Shown: positions 1 to 13,514, counted from the whole stretch's first letter. The stretch: DNA of 63,913 bases, filler included, from Octopus bimaculoides (GCF_001194135.2; 7 parts of 7 records of this genome joined end to end with filler, not necessarily neighbours in it), one strand, 5' to 3'. The notes: generated by a model not told the origin, from the sequence alone. Made by a program: numbers and translations.

Positions 1-327
1 TGAAGGCACATTCGATTCGTTCGACTAAAATTCTATGAGGTTGTGACTGTGCATGGCCGAAGAACAAAATAAAAAAAATGAATGAGATATATACGTATGA
101 TGGACATGTTTCAGTTTGCGGCTATGAAATCCAATCAGGAAGACTAAGTCAGACGAGGGGATATAACAGAAGACATATCGCTCTCTGGAACTGAAACCGG
201 TACCACGCGGTTCAAAATCCTAGCTTCTTAATCATACATCCATGTCTGCATCTATATAATTCACCTAAAAAAATTCCAAGAAAACATTTCATAATGAGAA
301 AGGCTAGGTTGCAAATAAGAAAGAATA

Positions 328-755
328 GACGCAACCGTAGCTGTGTGGTAAGAAGCTTGCTTCCCTATCGGGCATGAGGGTTCTGGTTCAATCCCACTGC
401 ATGGCACCTTGGCCAAGTAACTTGTACCATAACCTCGGGCCGACCAAAACCTTGTGAGTGGATTTGGTACACGGAAATTGAAAGAAGCCTGTCGTGTGTG
501 TGTTTTTGTGTCTGTGTTTGTCCTCCAGCCCGCATCATCGCTTAGCAACCGGTGTTGATGTGTTTATGGCCCCGCATCTCAACGGTTCAGGAAAAGATGC
601 TGATAGAATAAGTACCAGGCTAAAACAAAAGAAAACAAACAAAAAATAAGTCATAGGGTCGATTAAGAAAAACGCTTCAAGGTGTCGTAGGTAGTGCCCC
701 AGCATGGCCATCGTTAAATGGATGAAACATGGAAACGATAACCGATAAAAGAACA
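328..755 (+). mobile_element. tRNA-derived SINE, family 'A' (my label; most abundant repeat in the window)
   Basis: Head gtagctgtgtggtaagaagcttgcttccc...ggttcaatcccactgc has A/B-box-like motifs. Body and tail align by eye to more than 15 other copies (e.g. 26447-26870, 62905-63290). Confidence 0.8.
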
Positions 756-769
756 GAGTTACATAGAGA

Positions 770-1105
770 AAGGGAAACGTTGTTACTTATCCGCAAATTA
801 ATAAAGAAGCTCGAACGTGATCTATAAAACTTAAAATAAATAATAGATCTGAAGATTTAGCAGCACATAAATCCCATATTAGGTTTAAAGATCAGAAGGA
901 TAATTATCTAGTTGACCGCAAGTGTAAGCTTATTAACCCGACAATGAGCGTTTTGTGTATAATTAGTAAACACATATTTTAGACGTGATTATCTTAAAAA
1001 TTTAGCCAAGACACAAATTTATCTTTATGAGAAAATAGCTCCACTCTAATTAATGGGTTTAACCAAATAGACAATAAATATAAATTTGTATATGTCCACA
1101 GTGGC
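770..1105 (+). pseudogene. Penelope-like element reverse transcriptase relic
   Basis: Frame reads NRSEDLAAHKSHIRFKDQKDNYLVDRKCKLINPTMSVLCIISKHIF*, matching the PLE RT motif pattern (F.T.KDHK.NF....KCRLINP.KS.IG.ISK.IL). Stops present. Confidence 0.6.
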
Positions 1106-1332
1106 AGCATAGTGTTTTAGTCATCTATTTGTAAGCCTCCTTTTTTTGTAATGCTTTAAATTTTGGCAAGAATACTACATCATCCACGCCCTCTTCAGTT
1201 ATCAACCGTACTGGGAATTTTCAAGTCTTCACCTCCATGCCGATGACCTACTTGAGGTGAAATATGGGAGTGTACGATGAGATGAAATTTGAGTTTTGGG
1301 GATTATATATTTGAACTGAGAATGTAATGACG

Positions 1333-1398
<66 letters not shown>

Positions 1399-1423
1399 TA
1401 ATAATAATAATAATAATAACTAA

Positions 1424-1820
1424 AAGAATACCTTTTGTCGTAGGTACCCTAAGAATGATAGAAGACTGAAACAATACCTGTTGTCATAGGTGCTCTAGGA
1501 ATGATAGCAAAAGGGGCTGATTGCTACCTAGCTCAAATACTAGGAAACCCCAAAATGGCAGAAATTCAAAGAATAAGGGTCATCGGAACAGCCCATATCC
1601 TACATAAAATACTGTCTATGTAATCCCAAATTTTCAAACAAACTTATAATTTTCTTATGTGTTCTTAAACATTCTCTAGAACAATACTACGTACAAAACC
1701 AAATATATGGCACCGTAGGCATAACACCAATATGAACTTCTAACTTGTTGTCTCTTGCGGTCTCTGGGTGAGACTTGGAGTTAACTTGTACAAATACAAG
1801 GCAGAAGTCAAACATATAAT
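1424..1820 (+). mobile_element. 3' fragment of a non-LTR retrotransposon with restriction-like endonuclease (R4/NeSL-type) plus 3' UTR
   Basis: Translates ETIPVVIGALGMIAKGADCYLAQILGNPKMAEIQRIRVIGTAHILHKILSM*. Highly similar to 20850-21295 and ends in an (AAT)n tail. Confidence 0.7.
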
Positions 1821-1847
1821 AATGATAACAACAACAACAACAACAAC

Positions 1848-1924
<77 letters not shown>

Positions 1925-2452
1925 TAATAANNNNNNNNNNNNNNNNNNNNNNNNNNNNNNNNNNNNNNNNNNNNNNNNNNNNNNNNNNNNNNNNNNNNNN
2001 NNNNNNNNNNNNNNNNNNNNNNNNNNNNNNNNNNNNNNNNNNNNNNNNNNNNNNNNNNNNNNNNNNNNNNNNNNNNNNNNNNNNNNNNNNNNNNNNNNNN
2101 NNNNNNNNNNNNNNNNNNNNNNNNNNNNNNNNNNNNNNNNNNNNNNNNNNNNNNNNNNNNNNNNNNNNNNNNNNNNNNNNNNNNNNNNNNNNNNNNNNNN
2201 NNNNNNNNNNNNNNNNNNNNNNNNNNNNNNNNNNNNNNNNNNNNNNNNNNNNNNNNNNNNNNNNNNNNNNNNNNNNNNNNNNNNNNNNNNNNNNNNNNNN
2301 NNNNNNNNNNNNNNNNNNNNNNNNNNNNNNNNNNNNNNNNNNNNNNNNNNNNNNNNNNNNNNNNNNNNNNNNNNNNNNNNNNNNNNNNNNNNNNNNNNNN
2401 NNNNNNNNNNNNNNNNNNNNNNNNNNNNNNNNNNNNNNNNNNNNNNNNNNNN

Positions 2453-2510
<58 letters not shown>

Positions 2511-2549
2511 GTAATAATAATGTTGATAATAATAATAATAATAATAATG

Positions 2550-2583
<34 letters not shown>

Positions 2584-2680
2584 TAATAATAATAACAACA
2601 ATAATAATAATAACAACAACAACAACAATAATAATAATGATATTAATAATAATAATGACAGCAACAAATAGTAATGATAA
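1817..2680. repeat. (AAT)n/(AAC)n microsatellite spanning an N gap; another (AAT)n tract at 1337-1420
   Basis: Seen directly; source of the poly-I/L/Y pseudo-ORFs. Confidence 0.95.
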
Positions 2681-4549
2681 CAAAGGACTCTGATTTAGGT
2701 ACAAGTCTATCGATTTTTTCAGATTATTCAATAGTTCTTCGAATAATGAAAACCCTTTTTTTACTCTATAAAATATAGGCCATCCTACCTCCTAACACAT
2801 CTTATTGCCATACAATACAGCACAATCATTTTATAGGAATGACGATGGTGATGATGATGATAGCACTATTTCATATTGACATGACATTTCAGATTCATCG
2901 ATGCTAACGTGTTTCGATATGTCACTTTATCGACATTGAGCGGACGGAAAAAAACAAAGTTCACGGCGGTAGGATACGAAATCGGAATGTAAAAAAATTA
3001 TAAGAATTATTACAAACCATTTCTACCGATTTTTCACTGTAAGACCTAAAGGAAATACCGCTGAATATTTTGTTCGACACACTAATAATTTTGCCAACTT
3101 CTGCCAAATTTTTTCCCCAGCAGTAGTTAATAAAAGGGATCGACAAAACATCTGTCATAGAAAACACAAGACAATAAAAAAAGTCATTCCGAAATAGCCA
3201 TTCCGAGCAAGGAGTGGCTATTTCTGGCGGCAGCTGTTGAATGATGAGTTTGGCCAATTTCTGACCGCAGTAGAAAGGAACAAACTACAGCTTCTCGCTT
3301 TTGAGGGAATTCAGAGAGTCTTACCAGGCTGCCAGCCATGATGATGATGATGATGATGATAATAATAATAATGACAACAACAAAAACAATACCTAGTATC
3401 ATTTTACATTCACTTTTGGTGTGGCATTATCCAATAATGCATAAAATGTTTCAATTTTAATCCAGAGATATTTTGAAAATGGTTACAGGTAACAGAAAAT
3501 TCAATAAGAAACCGTTATAGTAATGACCGCAAGCATTACATTTATGGCGTCAGCGCAAAATATTATAACAGATTTTATCCTATCATAATCATCAAAAATT
3601 AATTTTGCTGGATTAATTTCCTGTTCTCATACATGATAAATGCCCCCCACCCCGCAAAGGGTTTGGGTATTGTAATAATGTAAACGGATTTATCTAGGTG
3701 CCTTATAACACATATTCAAGAGAAATTGCATGCATATTATTTTAGGCGCCTAAATATCTGAAATACTTCTTCCTTGTCACAACACATCTGAAGACTAAAA
3801 TATGAAATTCTAACAACGTTATTGTGTTCAATATTCCAATTTGAAAAAAACATATTCCAGAGCATATAGATGGTGCGATGCTTATGTAATTCTGGAGATA
3901 TTTCATATTGACATAGCATCTTCAGTCTTACTTCCAAACTCATTTCATTATGTAACCAATGAAAAAAGTTTGTTTTACGCAATTTATTCTGCTGACAGCG
4001 TAATTATATTTTCCTGTATTTGGTTCAAATTCTCTGAAATTCTTCACATGTTTTTGGAGTATCCTTCAATCTCTTTAAAATATTTCTCAGTATCTAATTT
4101 TTTCATGGTAAATCACGTCTTTCTGAGAATAATGTGTTTACTATTTTATGCTCAAAAGTACTTTGTATAAAAGCTGAAGAGACCAAATCAACCTCACTTT
4201 TTCAGATGACTAATTACCTTGTGTCTCTCGGATATTCTCTATTAATGCGAGTATAAATTTCTATCTATATCTTGAAGTAACCGCGACAAATAGGTGCAAA
4301 TACTGCAACAGATCGACTTGAAACTTGGCCAAAAAATCTAATCTATAAGGCAACGTTTACACAGCAAAATCTAAATATGATCAATAGTTGTGGCTTTAAG
4401 ATTAAGATATGTCATGTATGTATGTAAGACATCCATAAAATGTACACAAGGCTACATTCAAAGCGCACTTGGATTGCAAGGGAGAATACTGTTATTATAA
4501 ATACAAAAGGATATTAACGTCTTTCGTGTAAATGATTCTGGAACTGACA

Positions 4550-4655
4550 TCTGATGCATATCAGAAAAATACAACATATGAAAAAACTAAGTTGCTTGCA
4601 CGAAAGAGAAATGAAATATTACGATGAAGACACCAAAATGAATTTATTTCTTAGA
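4550..4655 (+). pseudogene. Penelope-like GIY-YIG C-terminal relic
   Basis: CISEKYNI*...(frameshift) LLARKRNEILR*RHQNEF resembles LC..EK..I...LLNKR.E....CRH.NKF. Confidence 0.45.
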
Positions 4656-5559
4656 ATGTCAATCAAAGTGAGAAGTGAAGATCCGATATTGTAATATAGA
4701 AACCATATAATTAACAACGAGTTAATGAACAAATAATTAATAGGCAACAAAAGTAAAAAAAAAAGAACATATACAATATCTTAACGAGTAGATGAACAAG
4801 CATTTAGCAGATTTACAATAGCAATTCAGGAAATAAATAAATATGTTTTGTAATGAAACAAATAATGATAATCAAATAAAGATCCTGATTCAAGAAATCA
4901 CTTGAGATAAACAAATATGAGAGATAGATAAATATGTACCCCTGCGAAAAGAGGATGCGGTAGTCCAATTAATAAGTAGCAGCTACTGCATTCGTAATGA
5001 AAAGCGATGTTTAGAGAAGCCATTTTTGCCAGACAGGGTACGATTACGAAATTTACAAACAGAGACCGAGCGGTGAATTGGCCAATAAATAACGCGATTT
5101 CGAAAAGTGTAACTGATAAAAAAAACGAGAAGCATTAAAAACCAAATGATAACATGAATGGAATTGAGATGTCGACCAATAAAAACAGAACCGCCAACAA
5201 TGTTGCAAATGAAATGACGACAAGTAGAGGCAGCACATTAATAAAATGACATTTAGAAATAGCCTCACAAGTAGCAACTCAATCTAATGTATATAAAACA
5301 GCTTTAAATACCGCTATTCAATGCTCCGACTCTTGGAGATCTTTCGGATAAAATATTTTTTGCGTAAATTTGAAGACGGTGGTAGACATCAACTCAATTG
5401 GTTATCTCAGGTCATATGGTTTGAAATTTTATAGATAGACATAAATTTTTTGATGCGAAAGGAAGTCATTCTCTCCATTACATACGATGTTGGTGTTCTC
5501 AGTTTTCAGGTGAATTAACTTGAAATGTGTAAGAGCAACAATTTTCCCCATGTTATATA

Positions 5560-5742
5560 TTCTCATACTTTTTTCAGTCATTGGACTGCGGCCATGCTGG
5601 AGTACCGATCTGAAGAAATTTTAGTGGAACGCTTAGACTCTAGTATTTAATTTTTAAACTTCGTACTAATTCTATCGGGTTTGTATGCCGAACAGCTAAG
5701 TTACGTGGAAGTAAACACACCAACATCAATTGTGAAATGGGT

Positions 5743-5779
<37 letters not shown>

Positions 5780-5950
5780 GCATATATATATACGAAGGGT
5801 TTCTTTCAGTTTCTTTCTACCATATCCGCTAACAAGTTCTTTGGTCGTTCCCGTGCCTTAGTAGAAGCCAGTTGGCCATGGTGGCTCGCACAGGGACTGA
5901 ACCCGGAACCACGTAGTTGAGAAGCAAACTTCTTGCGACACAGCCACGAT
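5560..5950 (-). mobile_element. SINE family A
   Basis: Reverse complement of the family A consensus, with internal (CA)n. Confidence 0.8.
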
Positions 5951-6104
5951 TAATTATTTCAAGCAAAAGCATAAACTTATTTGTAATTCCCATGATTCTG
6001 CCAAAAGAACGAGTGTAAATAATGAAGTTATTATTTGTATGGAAGAAGGAAGTTCCATAGTATATCTGAAAATAGTTGGTTAAAGAAATTCTTATGATAT
6101 GTCT

Positions 6105-6297
6105 CTAAGGCGCCGGAAAAATTGCTTAGCGGCATTTCTTCCGACTTCATATTCTGATTTCGAATACCACCCTGGTGCACTTTGCCTTTCATCCTTCCCT
6201 TGTTGATAAAATAAGTACCAGCCGAGCACTGGAATTAGTGTAATCGACTTACACCTCCACCGAAATAGCTGGCTTGTGTCAAAATTTTAAATCAATG
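6105..6297 (+). mobile_element. SINE family 'B' (my label), decayed
   Basis: gcttagcggcatttc...gcctttcatcc...gataaaataagtaccag matches the copies at 31735-31965, 46312-46520 and 57940-58810. Confidence 0.7.
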
Positions 6298-6897
6298 TTT
6301 TATATCTGTAACATCATTGCATTTAATCCCAAAGCAAAGATGACATTTAGCATTCTCATGTATGTTTCATTACATAGCAGGGTCACAGACCCACATACAT
6401 GTTCGCATATATGGAAAAACATAATATAGAAATAATATTTCAATTATATTACCAACAATTAATGGGTAGATAGCTTCTATATAAATAGATGCAACTTGTT
6501 TCTAAGCCTCAGGTTATATTACCTTTCGTCTTAAATATTTTGAACATGCTACTATATGCAAAATATAAATTCACCGTGACAGATCGTATATTTTAATGTG
6601 GTTAGTCCGTCATAACTATATAATCTCCCGTTTCTGAATGTTATCAAATTTTAGTGTATAATACTACTAACGCACAAACAAGCGCTCTGGTGTAGCAATA
6701 GGTTGCTAAAACAAAGACCATGTTTGCAGAACGATTAAACATGAATGTATCTACATCAAATAATAAACGCCCCATTCTTTTTATGGTTTTTACTTAAAAT
6801 TACTGAATATAGAATGGAGTTTTAGATGAAGTGTACTGTGTACATAGAGTCGTAGGCAAAGCGACTATCGAATACATACATACATACACACACACAC

Positions 6898-6973
<76 letters not shown>

Positions 6974-7269
6974 GTNNNNNNNNNNNNNNNNNNNNNNNNN
7001 NNNNNNNNNNNNNNNNNNNNNNNNNNNNNNNNNNNNNNNNNNNNNNNNNNNNNNNNNNNNNNNNNNNNNNNNNNNNNNNNNNNNNNNNNNNNNNNNNNNN
7101 NNNNNNNNNNNNNATATATGTATATATATATATATATATATATACATATGTATGCACATACATATCCATACACTCACGCACACACACATATCGATACATA
7201 TATATATACTCACACATATAGATACGCACGTACATTTACATGATATGGATAACAAATAATAAATAAATC

Positions 7270-7310
<41 letters not shown>

Positions 7311-8129
7311 GTATCGAGTGTGAGAGGGAGAAACCCATTTAGCGGAGTGAAGTTATGAAACAAGGAAAATAAATTGAAAGAGAGGAAGGACTGGAAATGT
7401 AAACGATTCAAAGAGAGGGAGAGAGAAATATAAAGTTTGTACGAGAGAAAGAGAAGGAAGACGTGGAGGAGATAGGAAGGACATAACAATTGGTGAACTC
7501 TAGAGAAATAAAGGGAGATAAGCTAGACAAGAGAATCAAAGGACGGACAAAAGAGTTATTGAATATACAGAGAGAATAGTAAAAACTATGTTCGATGGAG
7601 CTAGAGTGACATTTATATAGAAAAGCGAGTCTGGAATTTATACCAAGCAATAGATTGGTATAAATAGAGGTAAAAGAAATAATCGATGAATTGTATACAG
7701 GAGAAAAGTGAATGGCCGAAACTAAAGGTGGAAGGGAGGAGGAGGAGGGGTTAGAGCAGGCAGGAGGGAGGGAAAGAGATTGTGGTGGCGGGGTGGAATA
7801 AGTGTTTGGGGTGTGGTGTGGGATAAGCGATAGATAGTGGAGCAAAAAGCGTAGACTAACAATAAGAAAAGGAGATTAAGTGGGGAAGAGAAAGAGAGAG
7901 AGAGAGAGAGAGCAAAGTGCAGAAAGGAGGAATGAATTCGTGTGTGCGTACGCGGATTGACGCATGTGAATATATATATACACATATATATACATATAAA
8001 TGTATATATATATTTACACACACACATATATATATATGTGTATATATGCATACGTATATATGTGTATATGTGTGTATATATGCATNNNNNNNNNNNNNNN
8101 NNNNNNNNNNNNNNNNNNNNNNNNNNNNN

Positions 8130-8141
8130 TTAATTAATTAA
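8130..8141. other. Assembly linker TTAATTAATTAA centred in a ~100-nt N spacer (also 13583-13594, 37165-37176, 46256-46267, 52379-52390, 62630-62641)
   Basis: Identical 12-mer with stops in all six frames, always flanked by about 44 N on each side. Confidence 0.95.
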
Positions 8142-8332
8142 NNNNNNNNNNNNNNNNNNNNNNNNNNNNNNNNNNNNNNNNNNNNTTATATTCTGGTTAC
8201 ACTGCAGCACAACTAGCATCGTCTTGGGACACACCAGTGTGCCACGGCATACCGGTTGCGGAGCACTGTTCTAGAATGCAAAAATATAAACATCACACAC
8301 TCACATAAATGCTTCTAGTACAACTTCTAAAC

Positions 8333-8665
8333 CATAGTTTCTCAAACTGGGCGCTACCGCCCCACGGTGGGCGTTGAGAGGGGTCCAGGTGGGCGCTGGT
8401 GTCTAAGGGGGTGGTGTGTGTGTGTGTGGGGGGGGGGTAGAGAAAAAGGAGGCGTTGGGAGGGAAGCTATGGAGTTGGGGGGTGCTAAGAATTTATAATA
8501 TTATAGTATGGTATACAAATTATATAATATATGAAATATTAAATAATTCATAGTATATATTAATTAGTGAAATATAGAATATTTATTTATACATAAAGGG
8601 GTGGGGCGCTGGGGGTATTATGTTGCCATGAGGGGCCGGTGGCTCCAAAAGTTTGAGAACCTGTG
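8333..8665. mobile_element. hAT-type MITE with 8-bp target-site duplication
   Basis: TIRs catagtttctcaaact / agtttgagaacctgtg (14 of 16 complementary). Perfect TSD TTCTAAAC at 8325-8332 and 8666-8673. Confidence 0.85.
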
Positions 8666-8744
8666 TTCTAAACGCTCTTAAAATTTAATGGTAATATATT
8701 ATTCTATACGCAGGCATTGTACCGCCAGCTATCTATCTATCTAG

Positions 8745-9025
8745 CTTTGTGAGTGAATTTGGTAGATGAAAACTGGAAGAAGCCTATCGTATATATATTA
8801 TATGCATGTATACATATGTATGTGTGTGTGTGTGTGTGATTTGTCCCTCCCTCCACCGCTTGACAACCGGGGCTAGTGTGTTTACGTCCCTATAACTTAG
8901 CGGTTCGGCAAAAGAGGCCGATTGAATAAGTACCAAAGTACCAGTCTTATAAAAAGCAATCACTTCGAGGCGGTGCACTAGCATGGTCGCAGTCTAATGA
9001 CTGAAACAAGTAAAATATAAGATTA
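8745..9025 (+). mobile_element. SINE family A, 5'-truncated
   Basis: Body and tail match family A (gcggttcggcaaaagag...gcatggtcgcagtctaatgactgaaacaagtaaaa). Confidence 0.75.
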
Positions 9026-10269
9026 TACATACACATATATATATATACAATGTGTGTGTGTGTGTGTGTGTGTGTACAACCAGCTAATTGTAGGCGAAAT
9101 TCCACACCCTTTTGTATGTGTGTGTGTGTATATAAACAAACCGAAAAGACAAACAAATCCTTCACTGAATCTTTCGCTCTCTCATTCTCGGTTTCACTCA
9201 AATCCATTGACCATTGTCGATCTCGGTTTGTATCGATCGATTGGTTGGAGCGGAAGGAGAAAGACAGGGCGCGCGCGCGCGTCTGCATGCATGTATGTAT
9301 CTGTGTGTGTGTGTGTGTATGTGTGTTAGTGTAAGTAAGCAAGAGACAGACTGAAGGAGGGGAAGGCGGAAGATACTGAGAGTATTAGAGAGAGGGGAAG
9401 TAGTAAGAGACATAGGTAGGGGAGGAGGTATAGTTTTTGTCCGCCAGTGCGCATGGTCTCAGCGAGGTCTTCCGATGTCTCATCCTTGCACTTCAGTTCA
9501 GGTTCAGCTTCTGCGCGTGCGTGGTCACACACACGCTCTTCACCCCCCCCCCCNNNNNNNNNNNNNNNNNNNNNNNNNNNNNNNNNNNNNNNNNNNNNNN
9601 NNNNNNNNNNNNNNNNNNNNNNNNNNNNNNNNNNNNNNNNNNNNNNNNNNNNNNNNNNNNNNNNNNNNNNNNNNNNNNNNNNNNNNNNNNNNNNNNNNNN
9701 NNNNNNNNNNNNNNNNNNNNNNNNNNNNNNNNNNNNNNNNNNNNNNNNNNNNNNNNNNNNNNNNNNNNNNNNNNNNNNNNNNNNNNNNNNNNNNNNNNNN
9801 NNNNNNNNNNNNNNNNNNNNNNNNNNNNNNNNNNNNNNNNNNNNNNNNNNNNNNNNNNNNNNNNNNNNNNNNNNNNNNNNNNNNNNNNNNNNNNNNNNNN
9901 NNNNNNNNNNNNNNNNNNNNNNNNNNNNNNNNNNNNNNNNNNNNNNNNNNNNNNNNNNNNNNNNNNNNNNNNNNNNNNNNNNNNNNNNNNNNNNNNNNNN
10001 NNNNNNNNNNNNNNNNNNNNNNNNNNNNNNNNNNNNNNNNTATTTATATACGCACATGTATATGCGCTTATACATGTAAGTTCACACGCACGGTGTGATA
10101 TGGCGTGTATGTAAGTTACAAGGGTCGAATCGTTTCTTGTTTTGTTGTTTTTTTTTTATTTGCTTTCTCTTTCTAAAGGTGTGGCTGTTTCTCTACACAT
10201 TGAACCTCCACGCCTGCATTGACCACACACACACACACACACAATTTATGCACGCATTTACGTATATCT

Positions 10270-10300
<31 letters not shown>

Positions 10301-10985
10301 AAACACCTGTGTATCACACCACATACCTCTCTCTCAATATATACACACACACACGCACGTTTGTTCATACATGCGTGTACATATACCAGTAGTGCATACT
10401 CATATAACTATATATATATTATACACACACACACACACTCACAAACATATTCATTATCAATATTCTCCAGAAGTTATAAGAGTGACTCAATGACCGAGAC
10501 TTCTCTATACATTGGCACATAATATACACCGATATATATGTAATGTTCATACATGCGTAAGAAGTGCATGTACATATATAACATATACACACATACATAC
10601 ATACATACATATATTGTGTGTGTATGTGTCTCCGATATTAGCAATGGTGGTGGCGATGATGGTCTTTCCGGTTATTCGATCCTCGAACACCTCCGACATT
10701 TCTGTTGTCATTGCTGGCTGCTGTGTCGAATACATTCCTGGCCCTTTACTCATGTCATTCGCTGGCCCCTTTTCTCGTTTTCTTCTTCCCTCTTATTTAT
10801 CCTTCCCCTTCCCCCCACTTTAAAAAAATATATTTTTATTATTAGTATTATACATTTAGTCTTTGTTTTTTTCCCTCTTTGGTATACCCATCTATCTATC
10901 AATCATATATCTATCTATCAATCACTCATCTATCTATCAATCACTCATCTATCTATCAATCACTCATCTATCTATCTATCTATCC

Positions 10986-11031
<46 letters not shown>

Positions 11032-11133
11032 GTCTGTTTGATCTGCTTATATCTGTTTGGGTGTATATGTATCTATGAATATAGGTACATATATGCAAAT
11101 GTATATGTATTTATATGTATGTCTATCTATCTC

Positions 11134-11186
<53 letters not shown>

Positions 11187-11572
11187 ATATATATATATAA
11201 ATCCTTATATATGTTGTACGCAGCCTGTTCGTCTTCCGTCCTTCTTTCCTTACCAATTTCCCCCACCCGCGTCCTAATCCTAACCCTGCCCGGCACGTCC
11301 GTCTCCAATAGTCTGTTGGTCACATGATGACATTCTTGCGATAACTCTTCTCTCTCTCTCTCTCTCTCTCTCTTTGTCCCTCTCTCTCTATCTTTCACTT
11401 TCTCTCTTCACACCGATATCGCCGAAAATGTGAAAGGCGTCTGAAGAAGGTAAAAGAGGGCGACAGACAGACAGGCACACACACACACACATACGTACAG
11501 ATATATATATACACACACACACACACAAGATACTGTTGCCTATATTCTAATGTTAACATATATATATATATA

Positions 11573-11606
<34 letters not shown>

Positions 11607-12073
11607 GTGGTTTCTGTGCGGTCGTCCTCTTACGCCAGTGTCAGTCACATCAGTCCACAACAGTAACCATCGCTTTTACAATCAACCTGCTCCTCCCCCT
11701 TTCCTACTCAACCTTCTCTTACTCCTGTACCTCCACTTCCTCCTTCTCCTCCTCTATGCGCTGCTATCTGCTTCTCTTCCTCTCTCCCCTTCGCTGACTG
11801 ACACCCCTCTTTCTCTCATCACTCGCTCTCTTTCTTTTCTCCCCCCCTCTCACTTTGCCGTCTCTTTTCTTCTATACCTCTTCCTTCTCTCTCTCTCATC
11901 CCGTCTTCTATTTTTCCCCTCCTTTCTCCACTACTCCTTATTTCTTCTGTATCTGTCTAACTCCCTCACTCTCTCCCTCCCCTCCCTCCCCTTCTCTTAT
12001 GTTTGTGTTTCTCTTTCCTCAATACTTTATCTCTCTTTTTCGCTACGAGATGCGTTAAAGTGCTTTTCTACTA

Positions 12074-12111
<38 letters not shown>

Positions 12112-12594
12112 CACTACTACGATTGCCTGCTTTATTTGTTTAAACTACTACTACTACTACTACTACTTAACGAATGTAATATTAGAAGTCCTAATTTAAT
12201 TATTTGTGCACTTCTGGTCCACCATACCACACACACACACACACTCACACACATACACACACACCTCTATCTTATCGCAGGAACCAAAACGAGGAAGGAT
12301 GCTTCTGCGTGACCGCTTGACCTATTAAAAATAGTAACTTAATGTTCCTCAAATCACGCCTTACGTTTGTCTGAAGAAAAAATATAATTGTAAATAATTA
12401 TATGAAATTAGAGGAAGAATCCTGTCGTACAATTTAGTTTAGTTTCTAAATAAATAAATAAAAAAACATGAAGAAACAGCATGGTCACAACTGGAACGCT
12501 TTTGGTCTTTCTTAGGTTCTACTAAATTAACTATCTCTCGCTTCTCTGTCAGTGAATTTTATTTAGATCCGACCCAGTTTGTTATTGTTGCCCC

Positions 12595-12878
12595 AGTAGT
12601 CTACCATATACATATTTCTACACTCTTAATCTCCCATATACTTTACCGTATCAAATTAGTCTTCCTACATATCTCCCGTAAATATTTCTCACGCTACTGG
12701 TTTACCATAAATATTACTATACCGCTTGTCTTCCATAAACGTTATGACACTACCAGTTTATCATAGATATTTCTACACTTGTAGTCAACCATAAATATTA
12801 CTACACCACTGGTCTACCATATATATTACTACACCACTGGTCTACCATAAATATTAGTACACCACTGGTCTACCATAC
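12595..12878. repeat. 28-bp minisatellite CCATAAATATTACTACACCACTGGTCTA
   Basis: Three near-perfect units at 12789-12872 and progressively more decayed units upstream. Confidence 0.85.
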
Positions 12879-12919
12879 ACAAGGATAGATACAGGACAAA
12901 TGCTATACAGACTCATAGG

Positions 12920-13120
12920 GTTTGTCCCCCGGTTTCCGTGGCGATTATATTCTCCACCAGGACAGGACGCCAACCATCATCACTAAGTTACTCACTTTTG
13001 CCAGCTTGAGTGGACAGAAGCAGCGTGTAATGAAGGGTTTTGCTCAAGAACACAATACATCAGTCACCTTGTCCAGAAATCGAAACCACGTGGTTGGTAA
13101 GCAAAGCTACTTACCACACA
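12920..13120 (-). mobile_element. tRNA-derived SINE fragment (head family shared with 37729-37825 and 47700-48007)
   Basis: gccagcttgagtggacagaagcagcgtgtaatgaagggttttgctcaagaacacaa...aatcgaaaccac is the reverse complement of the head/body at 47700-47830. Similar fragments at 13760-13930, 16380-16490 and 32050-32190. Confidence 0.6.
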
Positions 13121-13200
13121 GCCCGGTTCGGGTAAAAAGATCGATAGAATAGACTTATGAAAATAAAAGCAGTTGGTTGGGACGATTTGTTCGTCTAAAG

Positions 13201-13514
13201 TAGGGGTTCTCAACCATTTTTTATCTATGGACCCCTTTGATTACTATTTTATTCTGGTGGACCCCCATAGCAATTCGATTTTTAAAAACTAGTTTTATAG
13301 AAACTTCTTTCAAAATTCCCATTTTGTCTTTCACAAGTTAACTTGTGTAGGCTGAACTCTGTAAAATGTTAGAAAAAGAAACCCAGCTGTTTCTTGCAAT
13401 ACATACCAAATACACACACACATCGAAAGCCAAATTTTTTCGGGGCTCCTTAAGATATTGTTGTGAATCCCCAATTTATTATTTTCTTGTATGGATCCCT
13501 ATTGAGAACCCCTC
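13201..13514. mobile_element. hAT-type MITE with 8-bp target-site duplication
   Basis: TIRs taggggttctcaa / ttgagaacccctc. TSD GTCTAAAG (13193-13200) / GTCTAAAC (13515-13522). Confidence 0.8.

Noticed and set aside
1229-2731. Long poly-Ile/Leu/Tyr ORFs
   Set aside because: Translations of (AAT)n microsatellites and N runs. The same applies to the HT/CV/YI/LSIY-rich ORFs throughout the track.
8130-8141. TTAATTAATTAA as a biological motif
   Set aside because: Always centred in fixed-length N spacers, so an assembly linker.
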